A DNA stretch of 64,000 nucleotides from Candidatus Hydrogenedentota bacterium (GCA_963745075.1 CAVUWV010000010.1:32001-96000); one strand, 5' to 3'; shown: positions 50,881 to 63,484, counted from the stretch's first letter. A program made the numbers and translations. Notes: generated by a model not told the origin, from the sequence alone.

Positions 50881-53484
50881 TCAAACCGCGCTCATCGCCG
50901 GCAACAGCGCCACCTCCGCCGGCCGCAGATCCAACACGAACCCCCGCTTTGGAACCGTCCGCACCAGACTCGCCCGGTGCGGCGCCACTTCCTTGATGCC
51001 CGCCAGCAAGCGTCGCTTCTGGAAATGCATCTGGTTCTGTTCGACCACCGTCTCGCCCCAAATCTCTTCATAGATCGTGTCGTAAGGGATGCACTCGCCC
51101 GGCGCGCCCGCCAAGGCCCGCACCAAGCGGAACTGTTTGTCCTGGAGTTTCACCCGCTTGCCTTCGACCACGATCTCGTTCGGACGCCGGTCGTCGACGA
51201 CAAGGACCGGCAGGGAGGAGGGTGGGCTTGGTACCTCCCTGCCGGGCGGGTTTCCTTGTTCGTCGTTGTTCCGCAGCCCCCACGATTTCAGCTCATGAGC
51301 CGTGGCCGCCGGGACCCATTGGTCGAGGAGGTGGGTGGGTGTCCCGGCCAGCGCGGACGGTGAGTGGAGCCCATGCGCTTCCAAAGCGATGATGGCGCTG
51401 CGTTCCAGGCCCGGTAAGCGGAGCCGGGCCAGTTTGATACCCTCGTCGCGTAAACCATGTTGTACACGTTCCGCGAGCTGGGCGATGCGGTCGATAAAAT
51501 CCTCTTGCGCCCCAAACGCGACGGCCAATGCCGCAGTCGCGTCAATTATCCATGACACCTGCTCCGCTGCGGACACGATTTGCCCCAGCAGGGTGTGGTA
51601 CTTCTCTTCAATGTCGTATATCGATGACTCGTCGATCCAGTCCGCCAGAAACAGCCCGATCTTGATGGCCCGGACTTCCTCAAAAAACGGCATCAAACTG
51701 CTGTTCCGCAGCCGGTTCAGAGGCACATCCGCCTCGGAATCCTCGTCCAGGGTCAGCCGCTTCAGGATGCCGGGGTAATCCGCCCGGTCATATTCGCGAA
51801 CGTCAGGGTGACCTGGAGCATGCGCCCGTCCGGCGTCAAGGCCGCGGCGAGGATGAGGTCCAAGTCGCTCCAGATGCGCGTTTCCGACTCGTGGAGCCAG
51901 TGGGCCAGGTCCTGGGCGGTGGCGATGGAAATGCCCTTCGACGCGACGGCCTGTCCCAAGGGCGTCGCCGCCAACCGGCCTTCGCCGTCCCGGGTGATCA
52001 TGCCGGTATCGATGGCCCGGTTGACCGCCGCGCGAACACGAAACTCGGTTTCCTCCAAGGGCACCGACTCCGCCCAAATCCAGGTGCCGGTCAGGGTTTT
52101 TTCGAAGAAGGCGTGCAACTCGCTCTCCGTCAGACAGGACCGCGATGCCACCAGCCGCAGCACGTGGTTCTCCAACGGCTCCTTTGCCAGCCGCGGTTCG
52201 ACCTTCTCCCGTTCGCCGTCGACGTAACGCCGCCACAACGTCGTCTCGTCGTATTGCGTCACGGCAATGAGGATGGACCGCCCGAAGGGGATGCCCGACC
52301 CGTACCGCCCCGCGCGGCCGCCCATGTTCTCGTATTCCGACCGCAGGATCGGCGTCTTCCACGGCATGCCGAACCGGTTGTCGTACATCCATTTGTCCGC
52401 CGCGATAAACACGTTCTGCGCCGGCAGGTTCATGCCCACCGCCAGCGTGCTCGTCGAGATCAGCGCCTTCACCTCGCCCGCGCGGAACGCCTCCTCCACG
52501 ATGCGCCGTTCCTCGCCGGAGAGGTCCGCGCTGTGAAAGGCCACGCCCACGGACAGCGTATCCATCAGGCAGTCCCGGCAATGCGTCGTCTCCACCTTGC
52601 GCAACGCCTCGATGCCCCGCTCCGCCGCGGACTCGTGCACCCGCCCCGCCAGCAACTCGGCCCCGCGCCGCGCCTCGTGCTTCGCCTTCACGAACACGAG
52701 ACAGTTCTCGCCCCGCTCCACGAAGGCGCACAGGTTCTCCGTCAGGATCTCCCAACTCGAATCGGAATGCCCGCCCACGAGCCGCTCTTCGCGCCTGGCT
52801 GTACTCGTTGTAGGTGCGGTATTTGAACACCCCCTCGTGCAACACCCCGAACCGCAGCTCCACCGGCCGCCGCTCGTGCAACGCCAGGTCCGCCTTCATC
52901 CACTGCGCCAGCTTGTCCGCCTGCCCGATGACCGCCGACAACCCGATCATCCGGCACTTCGTCTGGAGGATACGCGTCAGCAGCAGCTCCACCTGCGCGC
53001 CCCGGTCCGGGTCCGACAGGATCTCCAGTTCGTCCGCGATGAGCAGCTCGACCTCTTCCAGCCGCTCCGGCCGCCGCACCAGCAACTGCGCCAGCTTCTC
53101 GTACACCACCACCGCAATCGAAAAGTTGCCCGCCTCGAGCCGCCCGTCAAACTCCCGCCGGTCCCGCGTCGAAATGATGACCTCGATCCCGTACGGCGCA
53201 TACTTCTCCCGGAAATCGACGAATTTTTCCTCCGCCAGCGCCTTCAACGGCACCACATAGATGACCTTTTTCCGCCGCAACGCCGTCTGGATCGCCGCCA
53301 TCTCCCCGATAAAGGTCTTCCCCGAACTCGTCGGCGCCTGCAACAGCAAGTTCCCGCCCTCAAACAGGTTATGCCGTTTCACCGCCATCTCCTGCAGCGG
53401 CAGCAACACCTCGCTCTCCCGTTTCTGCCACAAACAAATGATTTCCGGCGGAATGTCGTACCGAAGCAACTCCGTCATCTTCAT
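50881..53484 (-). CDS. Hel308/Ski2-like SF2 helicase with C-terminal OmpR-type winged helix; frameshifts near 52790 and 51797
   Basis: APTSSGKT, PLKALAEEK, GLSA, STSTLAVGMNLPA, MGGRAGR; tail LVRAL....GE.I....IW....RTVPKRGF. Confidence 0.85.
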   Translation of the reverse strand: MKMTELLRYDIPPEIICLWQKRESEVLLPLQEMAVKRHNLFEGGNLLLQAPTSSGKTFIGEMAAIQTALRRKKVIYVVPLKALAEEKFVDFREKYAPYGIEVIISTRDRREFDGRLEAGNFSIAVVVYEKLAQLLVRRPERLEEVELLIADELEILSDPDRGAQVELLLTRILQTKCRMIGLSAVIGQADKLAQWMKADLALHERRPVELRFGVLHEGVFKYRTYNEYSQARRAARGRAFRFELGDPDGEPVRLRGAGRELSRVREGEARGAARGRVAGGAGARVRGGAGHRGVAQGGDDALPGLPDGYAVRGRGLSQRGPLRRGTAHRGGGVPRGRGEGADLDEHAGGGHEPAGAERVYRGGQMDVRQPVRHAVEDADPAVGIREHGRPRGAVRVGHPLRAVHPHCRDAIRRDDVVAALRRRRTGEGRTAAGKGAVGEPRAAAGGIAVLSDGERVARLLRKNPDRHLDLGGVGALGGNRVSCSRGGQPGHRYRHDHPGRRRPVGGDALGTGRRVEGHFHRHRPGPGPLAPRVGNAHLERLGPHPRRGLDAGRAHAPGHPDVREYDRADYPGILKRLTLDEDSEADVPLNRLRNSSLMPFFEEVRAIKIGLFLADWIDESSIYDIEEKYHTLLGQIVSAAEQVSWIIDATAALAVAFGAQEDFIDRIAQLAERVQHGLRDEGIKLARLRLPGLERSAIIALEAHGLHSPSALAGTPTHLLDQWVPAATAHELKSWGLRNNDEQGNPPGREVPSPPSSLPVLVVDDRRPNEIVVEGKRVKLQDKQFRLVRALAGAPGECIPYDTIYEEIWGETVVEQNQMHFQKRRLLAGIKEVAPHRASLVRTVPKRGFVLDLRPAEVALLPAMSAV

Positions 53485-53558
53485 CGCACAACGCCTCCAA
53501 CGGCCAAAATCGCAACCCCGGCCCAAGCCCGAGAACGGGCTCGGCCATCACAAAGGGT

Positions 53559-53587
53559 AGTATACTGAATAAAAATTCAGTTGTCAA
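53559..53587 (-). promoter_or_regulatory. Sigma70 promoter of the helicase with a palindromic operator in the spacer
   Basis: Minus strand TTGACA-17 bp-TATACT; spacer contains CTGAATTTTTATTCAG. Confidence 0.8.
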
Positions 53588-53588
53588 G

Positions 53589-53703
53589 ATGTAGCGCAGG
53601 CGTCCCCGCCTGCAAGTGCGAAGGGTTACTTCAGCCTGATCGCCGACTACTTCCGAAGATGAGTTTGTAGCGAAGAATGCAGGCGGGGACGCCTGCGCTA
53701 CAT
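53589..53703. repeat. REP doublet (REPIN), left of RAYT
   Basis: ATGTAGCGCAGGCGTCCCCGCCTGCA at 53589-53614 and inverted at 53678-53703. Confidence 0.9.
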
Positions 53704-54408
53704 TCATTCCGACCTTGGTTTGGCGAATACGCTGCTCAAGGGCCAGTCTTCTGGTCGACTGCAAAGACCGGCCTTCACGGGGTTCCGAATAGTATAGTCA
53801 CAGCGCCTGACCAACTCTGCGTCGTCCCGGATCAGCCGATCATAAGACTCGCGTTGCCAAAAAGGACGGCCTTTAGGAATTGGCGGGCGAGACGCCTGCG
53901 CTAAGTTTTGCACTTCATGCGCCGTGAACGATTTCCAACTGTGAAGAATGTCTTCCAGTGCGTGCCGCTGTTGAGGAGTTGCAACCACGTGCACGTGATT
54001 GCTCATCACAACCCAGGCGTGCAATACGTAGCGCTCCCGGTCAAAGTGCATGAGCGCGTCCACAACCATGCTGCCGACCTCGGGATACTTCAACCAGCAC
54101 TTCCCGTCGCCCGAATCGAGATACGACTCGATCCGTTCTTCGTAAAGTTCCCGAAGACGCTCCTTCTCGGCTTTAGGTAGAGTCCGGCCAGCTTGTTTTG
54201 CCCGTTTCTCAATCCCCTCGCGCTCGGCACGCACACTCGCCAGCACCTCCATGGGCAATGCGTCTGCAAGACGAAACGTGACAAAGTACGTGCCGCCGTC
54301 CGCACGGAGGTGAGGAAGATACCCCCGGCTTTGCCAACCCGTGCGAAGCGCTGCAACCGGCGCAATTCGGTGTTCACTATCTTCGGTAGGCAATTCACTC
54401 ACATCCAC
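53704..54408 (-). CDS. REP-associated tyrosine transposase (RAYT, Y1 HUH)
   Basis: LPH...YFVTFRL, VVMSNHVH (HUH), WKSFTA, FWQRESYDRLIR, Y..RNPVKAGL. Confidence 0.92.
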   Translation of the reverse strand: MDVSELPTEDSEHRIAPVAALRTGWQSRGYLPHLRADGGTYFVTFRLADALPMEVLASVRAEREGIEKRAKQAGRTLPKAEKERLRELYEERIESYLDSGDGKCWLKYPEVGSMVVDALMHFDRERYVLHAWVVMSNHVHVVATPQQRHALEDILHSWKSFTAHEVQNLAQASRPPIPKGRPFWQRESYDRLIRDDAELVRRCDYTIRNPVKAGLCSRPEDWPLSSVFAKPRSE

Positions 54409-54417
54409 TTCCCGTCA

Positions 54418-54533
54418 ATGTAGCGCAGGCGTCCCCGCCTGCATTCTTTGGCTGGTTGCCGGTCATCCATAGTACTCCGCCGTCAGACCGAGAATACCGT
54501 ATGCACTTGCAGGCGAGGACGCCTGCGCTACAT
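54418..54533. repeat. REP doublet (REPIN), right of RAYT
   Basis: 54418-54443 and inverted 54508-54533. Confidence 0.9.
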
Positions 54534-54625
54534 TGGCCGGAAGTAGATGTAGTTGGTGCGATTGACGGACAGATCGGGGCTTCTTCAATGCGCTTAGCAC
54601 ATCGCATGGTTGGCGACTGCTCCGA

Positions 54626-55114
54626 TCACGAAATCCAGTGCATAGTGTCGTTGGTCACGGTCCATTTTCCGCTCGTCCACTCGACCCGATAGGTGTTGCC
54701 GGAGGCACTCAATCCGGCTTCGTAGTAACCTCCTTCCACGTCCACCGTGCGTTCGTCAATCCATTGAATCGCTCCGACCTTCAAGATCAGCCCACGTCCA
54801 CCGTGGTCCTTGTGCGAAACTCCCTCAGACGGAGAAGCGGTTGCTTTAGAGACCGGTAGAACTGTCGGAGAATGCCCGTCGAACCGGGCCATGAATTCGG
54901 GTGTCGCACCTTCGGGGCCGAGATCGAGGAAGTAGTAGTCGACGCTCTGCTGCCCCCCCGACTTATTGTGCTTGAACTGATAGCGGAAGACCGCCTCGCG
55001 AATGTCGTTCTCGGCCGCCGACGGATTTGGTTCATGGGGAATCTCACGTTGACACGAAACCGCCAAAATGCCGGCGATTATCAGTGACAAGAAGATTAAT
55101 CGAGCGAATGACAT
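54626..55114 (-). CDS. Hypothetical lipoprotein (paralog of 59777-60316)
   Basis: Lipobox AVSC; DIREAVF.YQF, GGY.EAGLSASGNTYRV. Confidence 0.75.
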   Translation of the reverse strand: MSFARLIFLSLIIAGILAVSCQREIPHEPNPSAAENDIREAVFRYQFKHNKSGGQQSVDYYFLDLGPEGATPEFMARFDGHSPTVLPVSKATASPSEGVSHKDHGGRGLILKVGAIQWIDERTVDVEGGYYEAGLSASGNTYRVEWTSGKWTVTNDTMHWIS

Positions 55115-55142
55115 CTATCAGCTCTCCTCAACAAATCCGGCT

Positions 55143-55468
55143 CTATATCGCGCGATCCTTCACCCGTCCCGGAAGGCCGCGAATCTCCCTCCAGTACTCT
55201 TCGCGTACGTCCTCGTCAATCTCGACGCGCCCGCCGCCGGCCCAGTGGCGGTCCTGGCCATTCTTCTTGGGACCGGAGAGCCAGTATTCATCCCCGGTAT
55301 TGACGTCGTAATAGTTTACGCAAACACCGTGGCAACGTTATAACTCGATCTTTCGGTACCGGATAGTCTTGCCGGTCTTCGAGAACGTGACCCGTCCAAC
55401 CCGCGCGGGCCCCGATCATTGTGTCCATCGCCAGATTTCAGTTCGATGTACATGATACGGGTTTTCAT
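55143..55468 (-). pseudogene. Small conserved hypothetical protein with a frameshift (~55410) and an in-frame TAA
   Basis: MKTRIMYIE...GP/ARVGRVTFSKTGKTI.Y...*...NYYDVNTGDEYWLSGPKKNGQDR...IDEDVREEYW. Confidence 0.65.
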
Positions 55469-55836
55469 GGTGCGTGCTTCCGGGAAAACGATTCCGTAAT
55501 CCAGCCATCGCGAAGCCGAGTAACAAACCTGCAATGTGTTCCATCGGACTCGTAATAGAACAATTCAAGGAGCGACGCGTCGCCGCCATCAGGGTAGGTC
55601 AAGGGCAGTTCATCCAGCGAACGCGGATACTCGCCACCCTCGGGCACCGCACGGAGGAGCGATTCGATCTCGCCTAGGAGCGCGGCCTGTGCGGAATGCT
55701 GCGCCAACGCATCCGCTTCTTGAAGCTCAGTCTGCACCCAGCGGCCCACTTGAAAGGCAACGACTGTGAGCACGGCCACGAGCAATAGCTTCACCACGAT
55801 CCCCCGTGTCCGACGTTTCTCACGCACATCACTCAT
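55465..55836 (-). CDS. Hypothetical protein with N-terminal TM
   Basis: MSDVREKR..TM..GEYPRSLDEL; stop overlaps the next start. Confidence 0.5.
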   Translation of the reverse strand: MSDVREKRRTRGIVVKLLLVAVLTVVAFQVGRWVQTELQEADALAQHSAQAALLGEIESLLRAVPEGGEYPRSLDELPLTYPDGGDASLLELFYYESDGTHCRFVTRLRDGWITESFSRKHAP

Positions 55837-57069
55837 GCCGCCATCTTCTCGTCTCGATTTGTGTGGCAATCCCAAGGATTGCAGTATATACCTGCAATTG
55901 TCTTTCGACAACGCCAAAACCGCGTGCGCAGCGACGGACACGAAGAAGAGACCAGTGAGAAAGACCTGGGGAGGGGGGTGAGTCTTCGCGGCTTTTCTTT
56001 CTTGTGGCGCGGGCGTCCTCGCCTGCGTCAACCCTCGGAGGATGTGCAGCCGAGACAGCCGCACCGCAATTGGCTCCAAACGTCCAAGGTTTTTCGTCCA
56101 ATCCTCAATTGCCAATGCAACGCCCTGGTCTATATCTATAGGGACAACTCCGCCCATGCCAAACTACACCGAACGCGGCCGTCATCCTCGTCCTCGTCCT
56201 CGCGAAAGCGGGGAACCGGGGAACCCGAGGGCTCCCCACCCGCGCGAACATGCCCGGTACACCCCCTTGAATCGTCAAAATACAGAGGGGGGTGCATCCC
56301 CACCGCTCCAATCACCGGACGCCGGCCCCATCCCGTTGCAAGTCCCTGCCGTCCATATCTATAAGGAGGACTCCGCCCATGACCAACACCACCGAACACC
56401 TCCCGCCAAGCCGGGGCACCCCCCCTTGTTCCGTCAAAAGAGAAAAGGAAGGGGGGGTGACGTCAGACGGGTGTCTCATCGCGCGGACCGACGGGAGGCA
56501 AGCCACAATACGACGGGCGTCTCGACCCCCGGAACTGGGAGATGAACATCAGAAAACGCGCGAAGCATGGCGTGCAATGCAGCCAAATGGCGGAAAGGAT
56601 TGCGCGACTTTTTGCGTTCTTTGTGTTCCTTGCGGTGGGAGTTTGGTTTTGTTTGTGGACGGATTCTTGCGAATCCGTATCGGTTCGCCAGGCTGTCCCC
56701 CCTTTCGCGAGGATGACGGTATGGGGTGCGGACGGCGCGAAGCCAAGCGCGGGATGCAGCCAAACGGCGGCCGTCGAGTATTATGACCGTATCGTCTAAT
56801 TTGGGGCTGATTCCGCACTGTACACAACCGTGAGGGACCTTGCCATGAAGCGAATTGCCGTTGCGACGATTTGCGCCGTCCCAATTACCGTAATGTCGTT
56901 AGTGCTAACCTCCTGCGACCCGATGTACCGCTTCAAGTTCACCCGCTTCGCTTTTGTTTCGGACATGTTGGCCGGGAATCCGACCAAAGTCGATCACGTC
57001 AAGGAAGGGGACCTTGAAGTTAGACGTGTGGCACGGCCGCCCCCGGCTGTGGTCTTTGTACCAATCCCC

Positions 57070-59611
57070 CTAACCAGTAGCCGCGTACCGGATCAGCAAG
57101 CTGCTCCGCTTCTCCGGGATGCGCAGCGTAATCCCATTGCGCCAATTCCGCGCCGGTGTGGGTTTCGGTCGTGGTAGTGCCGGACTCGTCGATGATGTCG
57201 ACGCGGTAGTGGGTATCGGCGTGCAGACCGTTCAGTCCCAGCACGAGGCCCAGGTATTCGCAGTCCCTGTGACGGAAGGCCAGCACGATCCCCGCGTCGA
57301 GGTCGGGACGGTGCAGTTGATACGCCATGAACTGGTCGGGGGCGGTCGAAGCCGGGGTGAGCGGGTAGAAATCGCCGTACCAATACGGGCCGTTGATATG
57401 CGCTTCGTTGATGAGCGCCTCCGCGCGGTCCATGGGAAAATCCGGATCGAGATAGGCGAACTGACAGAGCAACCCGCCCGTCCCGGCGCTCCGGGCTTCG
57501 TACGCCTCAGGCGTCCACACGCAGGCCGTGTTTAGCGGCACGTACGTGCAGAGCGCCGCCGACTGCAACTGGTTCCAATCCGGATGGCCGGGCGAACAGT
57601 TCGTATCGCTGCGCCACAACGGCACCGACCGCGAGCACATCTCGATGTCGATGCGCCGTCCGCCGCTGCTGCAATTGTCGATGAGCAGACCGGGATGCCG
57701 CGCGAGGAGTTCGTCCCACATGGTGTACAAGCCTTCCACGTAGCGGATTTCCGAAATGCCTTGCCGGTCCGGCGCGTCGTTCTTCTGCCAGTAGGAGAGG
57801 GGGTCCATATTGAAATCGTTGCGGTAGAGCGTCACGCCGTATTCCGTGATCCGTTGCGACAGCAGGTCCGTCAGCCAACGCCGCGCCGCCGGGTCGCCGA
57901 GATTGAACAGGCCGCCGCCTTTGCCGCCGAGCACGAACTCGGGATGCTCCTCGGCGATCTGCGTGCCCGGTGCGACTCGTTCCGGCTCAAACCACAGGAT
58001 GAAGCGCATGCCGTTGTTCCGGCACGCGTCGCCCACAGGTTTCAGGCCGTTCGGGAACGCGTCCGGTTTGCAGTACCAATTGCCCACGCCGTTCGGGAAG
58101 TTGCCGGGGAACCACGCCGCGTCAAACCAGTACGTATCGCAGCCCAGTATATTGGCCGCGCTCACCGCGTCGAGCTGTCCCGCTTCCGTGGCCCAACCCG
58201 GCCGGGCGTTGTAGCGATCGAAAGTCTGCAACGCGACCGGCAGGCGCGCGGGTGAGCCGTCTTGCGAGGGAAAATACTTGAACAGCACCAAGCGGCGGAA
58301 CTGGTTGTGTGCCCGCCGCCGGTCGCCTTCCCAGGGCAGCAACACGATGCGCGGCGTGCGGACCGTCTCGCCGGGGTGCAGCAGGAAATGCGTGTGTTCC
58401 ATCCCCGCGCGGAACCGGGTCGGACCGTTTTCGGCGCGGTCGAACTGCGCGGCCCATTGGCCGGTCCACCCGATGGCGGCGATGATGCCACGGCCTTCGT
58501 ACTCGAAATTGAAGAAGGGGAAGGCACTGATCGACGAGGGCCGTCCGCCCGTCGGGGCCAGGTGCAGCGCTTGGCCCGCGTCCAATGCGGAGTCCTTCGG
58601 CTGGAACGTGTGCTCACCGCAGGCGTCGCCCTCCAGTTCGTGCAGGACCGGCGCGTGGCGCATGTAGCCGGTCCGCAGCCGCGTGTCGAGGGCCTGGATG
58701 TCCTCGATGATCGGCGTGTCCTGGGCGCCGGTGTTTTCAAAGGTGAGCACCCAGTCCACTGCGGGGTATCGGTCATACGTGGTCACCACTGCCGTTACGC
58801 GGAGCCCGGTCGCAGGGTCGGTCCAGCTGACATGGTCCACCCGGCGGTCGGGGAGGGTCTGCGTCTCCGATTCGCGCGTCCAGGTCTTCAGGAAGTCGCG
58901 TGAATCCGCGCCGCCGTACTGGAACGAAAACGGCGGTTCGCGATCGAGAAAGAGCAGGCGGCTCTGGTGGTCGTCGAGGTAGCGCACGGAACCGTCGCCC
59001 ATGACGAACCGCGCATCCGCCCAATCGGCCTGGTCGTGACTGGCCCCGTCTTCCGTCGTGTCGACTTTCAAGACGATCCGGTCGACGCCCTCCGATAGGG
59101 GCACATCCACCGCGACGGCCTCGTCCTTCCCCGTCAGGGTCGCGCTGTGAAAGACTTCTTTGCCCGCGACCTCCACACTGAACTGGACACTGCCGCGCAT
59201 GCCTTGCGTGTCGTCGTTGTTATCGATGCCCACCGACGCCTGGAACTTGGTCGCGCCGGCCGGCACCGACACGACGATTTCGCTGTTGGCGTGCGTGCCA
59301 AGCCCGTGGTCGAAGGCTTGCGAGCCGACCCGAATGGGCGTCTCGATGCATGACCGGCCGTAGCCCAGCACGCTGTGGTCCTGCCGCACGACGTCGATAC
59401 GTATCGGAGCGTCCTCGCCCTCGGGATAGACATCCCGAAACGCCGCCGCTACCCAATCCTGCACGTCGGCGACTTCGGCATCCGTTGCCGTGACCGCGTC
59501 GTCATACTCCGCCGTGGGCAAGGGTGCGATTATGTCGTCACAAAGCCCCGCGAAGGGGTACCCAAGGAACAGTACCAAGGAAAGGACGGCGGTGGACGGA
59601 AATCTGGACAT
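57070..59611 (-). CDS. GH36 alpha-galactosidase with NPCBM/NEW2 domain; probable frameshift near 57140
   Basis: GLGTHANS..VGIDN (NPCBM); WFDAAWF, FPNGLKP, LWFEPERV, RNDFN, DNCSSGGRRID, WRSD. Confidence 0.9.
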
Positions 59612-59776
59612 GGCGATGAATCCCCTCGTTGCGCGAATGTGCCCGATCACAGTGTTTGGAATCGTACCCGGCACAAGCTTAGCGTGTAGCCACACGCCAC
59701 GCAATGCGCCTAGTTACGTTGGGAATTTCAGTCCGATTGGAGGGGACACGGAATCACGCAGTTGGGAACATCGCAT

Positions 59777-60316
59777 TTATGCAATCCAATTCATCGTATC
59801 CTTCGTTACCACCCATTCTCCGTTCCGGCGTTTGACCCGGTACGTATTGCCGGAGGCGCTCAATCCGGCTTCGAAGTAGCCACCCGTAACCTTGGCCGCG
59901 TTCTCGCTAGTCCAATGGATGTCATCAACGTTGAAAAAGAGTCCTTTCCCGCCGAGCGACTTGTGGGTAACCCCGTCCGGCGAATTTATCGCAAGGGACC
60001 CGGGGAGGACCGGGGGTGAGTGACCTTTGAATCGGGCCATCAACTCCGGTGACGGGTCCTGTCCGTCGCCGAGTGCCAGGAAATAATAATCAGCCTTTTG
60101 CTGAATCGCCGATGCATTGTGTTCAAACTGATAGCAAAACACGGCTTCCCGAATGTCGTCTTCGGCGAGCGCGCGGGTCTGTGAATTGAGGACACCGTGC
60201 TGGCACGACGTCAAGGAAAGACCCCAAAAGAGCGCTACGAAAGTCAGTTGTGTCGCGAGGCTATGTCCGCACATCGTTCGGCGAGCCATTGATCCTTCTC
60301 CGTAAACAACGCCCAC
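59777..60316 (-). CDS. Hypothetical lipoprotein (paralog of 54626-55114)
   Basis: Lipobox LTSC; shares motifs with 54626-55114. Confidence 0.75.
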   Translation of the reverse strand: MGVVYGEGSMARRTMCGHSLATQLTFVALFWGLSLTSCQHGVLNSQTRALAEDDIREAVFCYQFEHNASAIQQKADYYFLALGDGQDPSPELMARFKGHSPPVLPGSLAINSPDGVTHKSLGGKGLFFNVDDIHWTSENAAKVTGGYFEAGLSASGNTYRVKRRNGEWVVTKDTMNWIA

Positions 60317-60351
60317 ACGACACGATCCATTACGCGGACCTTAAGTTCCAC

Positions 60352-60549
60352 TCAACCCTCTTCAATGGCTTTGAGAATTTGTTTGATGACCTTTGGATGG
60401 AGGTCCCGACCGGCGTGAAAGGGAATGATACACCTGCGCTGACCCTTGCGGTAGATGCGGTGACTGCCTTTCGTGCGGATGAGTTCAAAGCCGGAATTGA
60501 GAAGCAGCGCTTCGGCTTCGGACGCGGTGAGCCTGGGAACTTTCGGCAC
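60352..60549 (-). CDS. hicA: HicA-family toxin
   Basis: GF...RTKGSH.IY...IPFH.G.DL. Confidence 0.9.
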   Translation of the reverse strand: MPKVPRLTASEAEALLLNSGFELIRTKGSHRIYRKGQRRCIIPFHAGRDLHPKVIKQILKAIEEG

Positions 60550-60552
60550 GCG

Positions 60553-60768
60553 CTACACCTCGACGGCGACGGTGATGACTTCCTTACTGAGACAGTCCGT
60601 GCGCTCATCGTCATCCAGCGTTTCCAGGTACAACTGTGCCGCCTCACGGGCGTTCGTCAACGCCTCCTCAAAGGTATCCCCTTGCGTGTGGCACCCGGGC
60701 AGATCGGGGCAGTATGCGAAGTAGCCGTGGTCATCGCGCTCGATTACGACATTTACCTTGGTGGACAT
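60553..60768 (-). CDS. hicB: HicB-family antitoxin (short form)
   Basis: CPDLPGCHTQGDTFEEAL.N.REA..LYLE. Confidence 0.9.
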   Translation of the reverse strand: MSTKVNVVIERDDHGYFAYCPDLPGCHTQGDTFEEALTNAREAAQLYLETLDDDERTDCLSKEVITVAVEV

Positions 60769-61060
60769 TCCGGCGCTCCTCTCGGGTTTCGCACTCACTA
60801 CGCCGCCATCTCGAGTATACCCCAATTCTGGGAACCCATTGAAGCCTCCGTTTGCCGACGCACTGTCGGTCCCTCGCCGAGCCTGCTCACTCTTTGAAAT
60901 CTCTCGCCCCCCGGTGGTAGCCTTGTAAGTGTAAGCTGCGCAAGGGTGCAACGATTCTGCGGCGCGGAATTCCGGGCGCGTGTTGGGCAGCGACGCTTGG
61001 CGCGTGTCCCCGCATGCGGAATCCGCAATAAATCCTGCTTCTCCGGGGTTTTTGTTATAA

Positions 61061-63001
<1,941 letters not shown>

Positions 63002-63084
63002 CGCCTCATCCCGTATAACGAAATCACACCCGCTGGTTTGTGACATCAAAACTGCCATTTCATGAATGGAAGGAATACATATTT

Positions 63085-63420
63085 ATGACCGAAAACGCTG
63101 CGAGTTGTACGCCCCAGGAATTGGTTGAACGAAACAACGGCGCATCAAATTTCGTACTTCTGGATGTGCGGACCGAGGAGGAACTGGACATTGCGTGTAT
63201 ACCGGATTGCCTCCACATTCCGCTGCACGAGTTGCAGTCCAGAGTCGATGAACTGGCTCCGCACAAGGATCGCGAAATCGTGGTCATGTGCCATCATGGC
63301 GGCCGTTCGGCGCAGGCCCAGCAGTTTCTCCTTGCTCGAGGATTCGATCAGGTGACCAACCTGACCGGCGGCATCGATATGTACGCGGTTCAGGTGGATT
63401 CATCTATCCCGCGATACTGA
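63085..63420 (+). CDS. Rhodanese-domain protein
   Basis: LDVR..EE, CHHGGRS, NLTGGID. Confidence 0.9.
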   Translation: MTENAASCTPQELVERNNGASNFVLLDVRTEEELDIACIPDCLHIPLHELQSRVDELAPHKDREIVVMCHHGGRSAQAQQFLLARGFDQVTNLTGGIDMYAVQVDSSIPRY

Positions 63421-63484
63421 ACACGTTTCCCGGACGCGGTGACGCCGTTCCGGGGTTGCAGTAAGCAGTAGCAAAGGACTTCGT

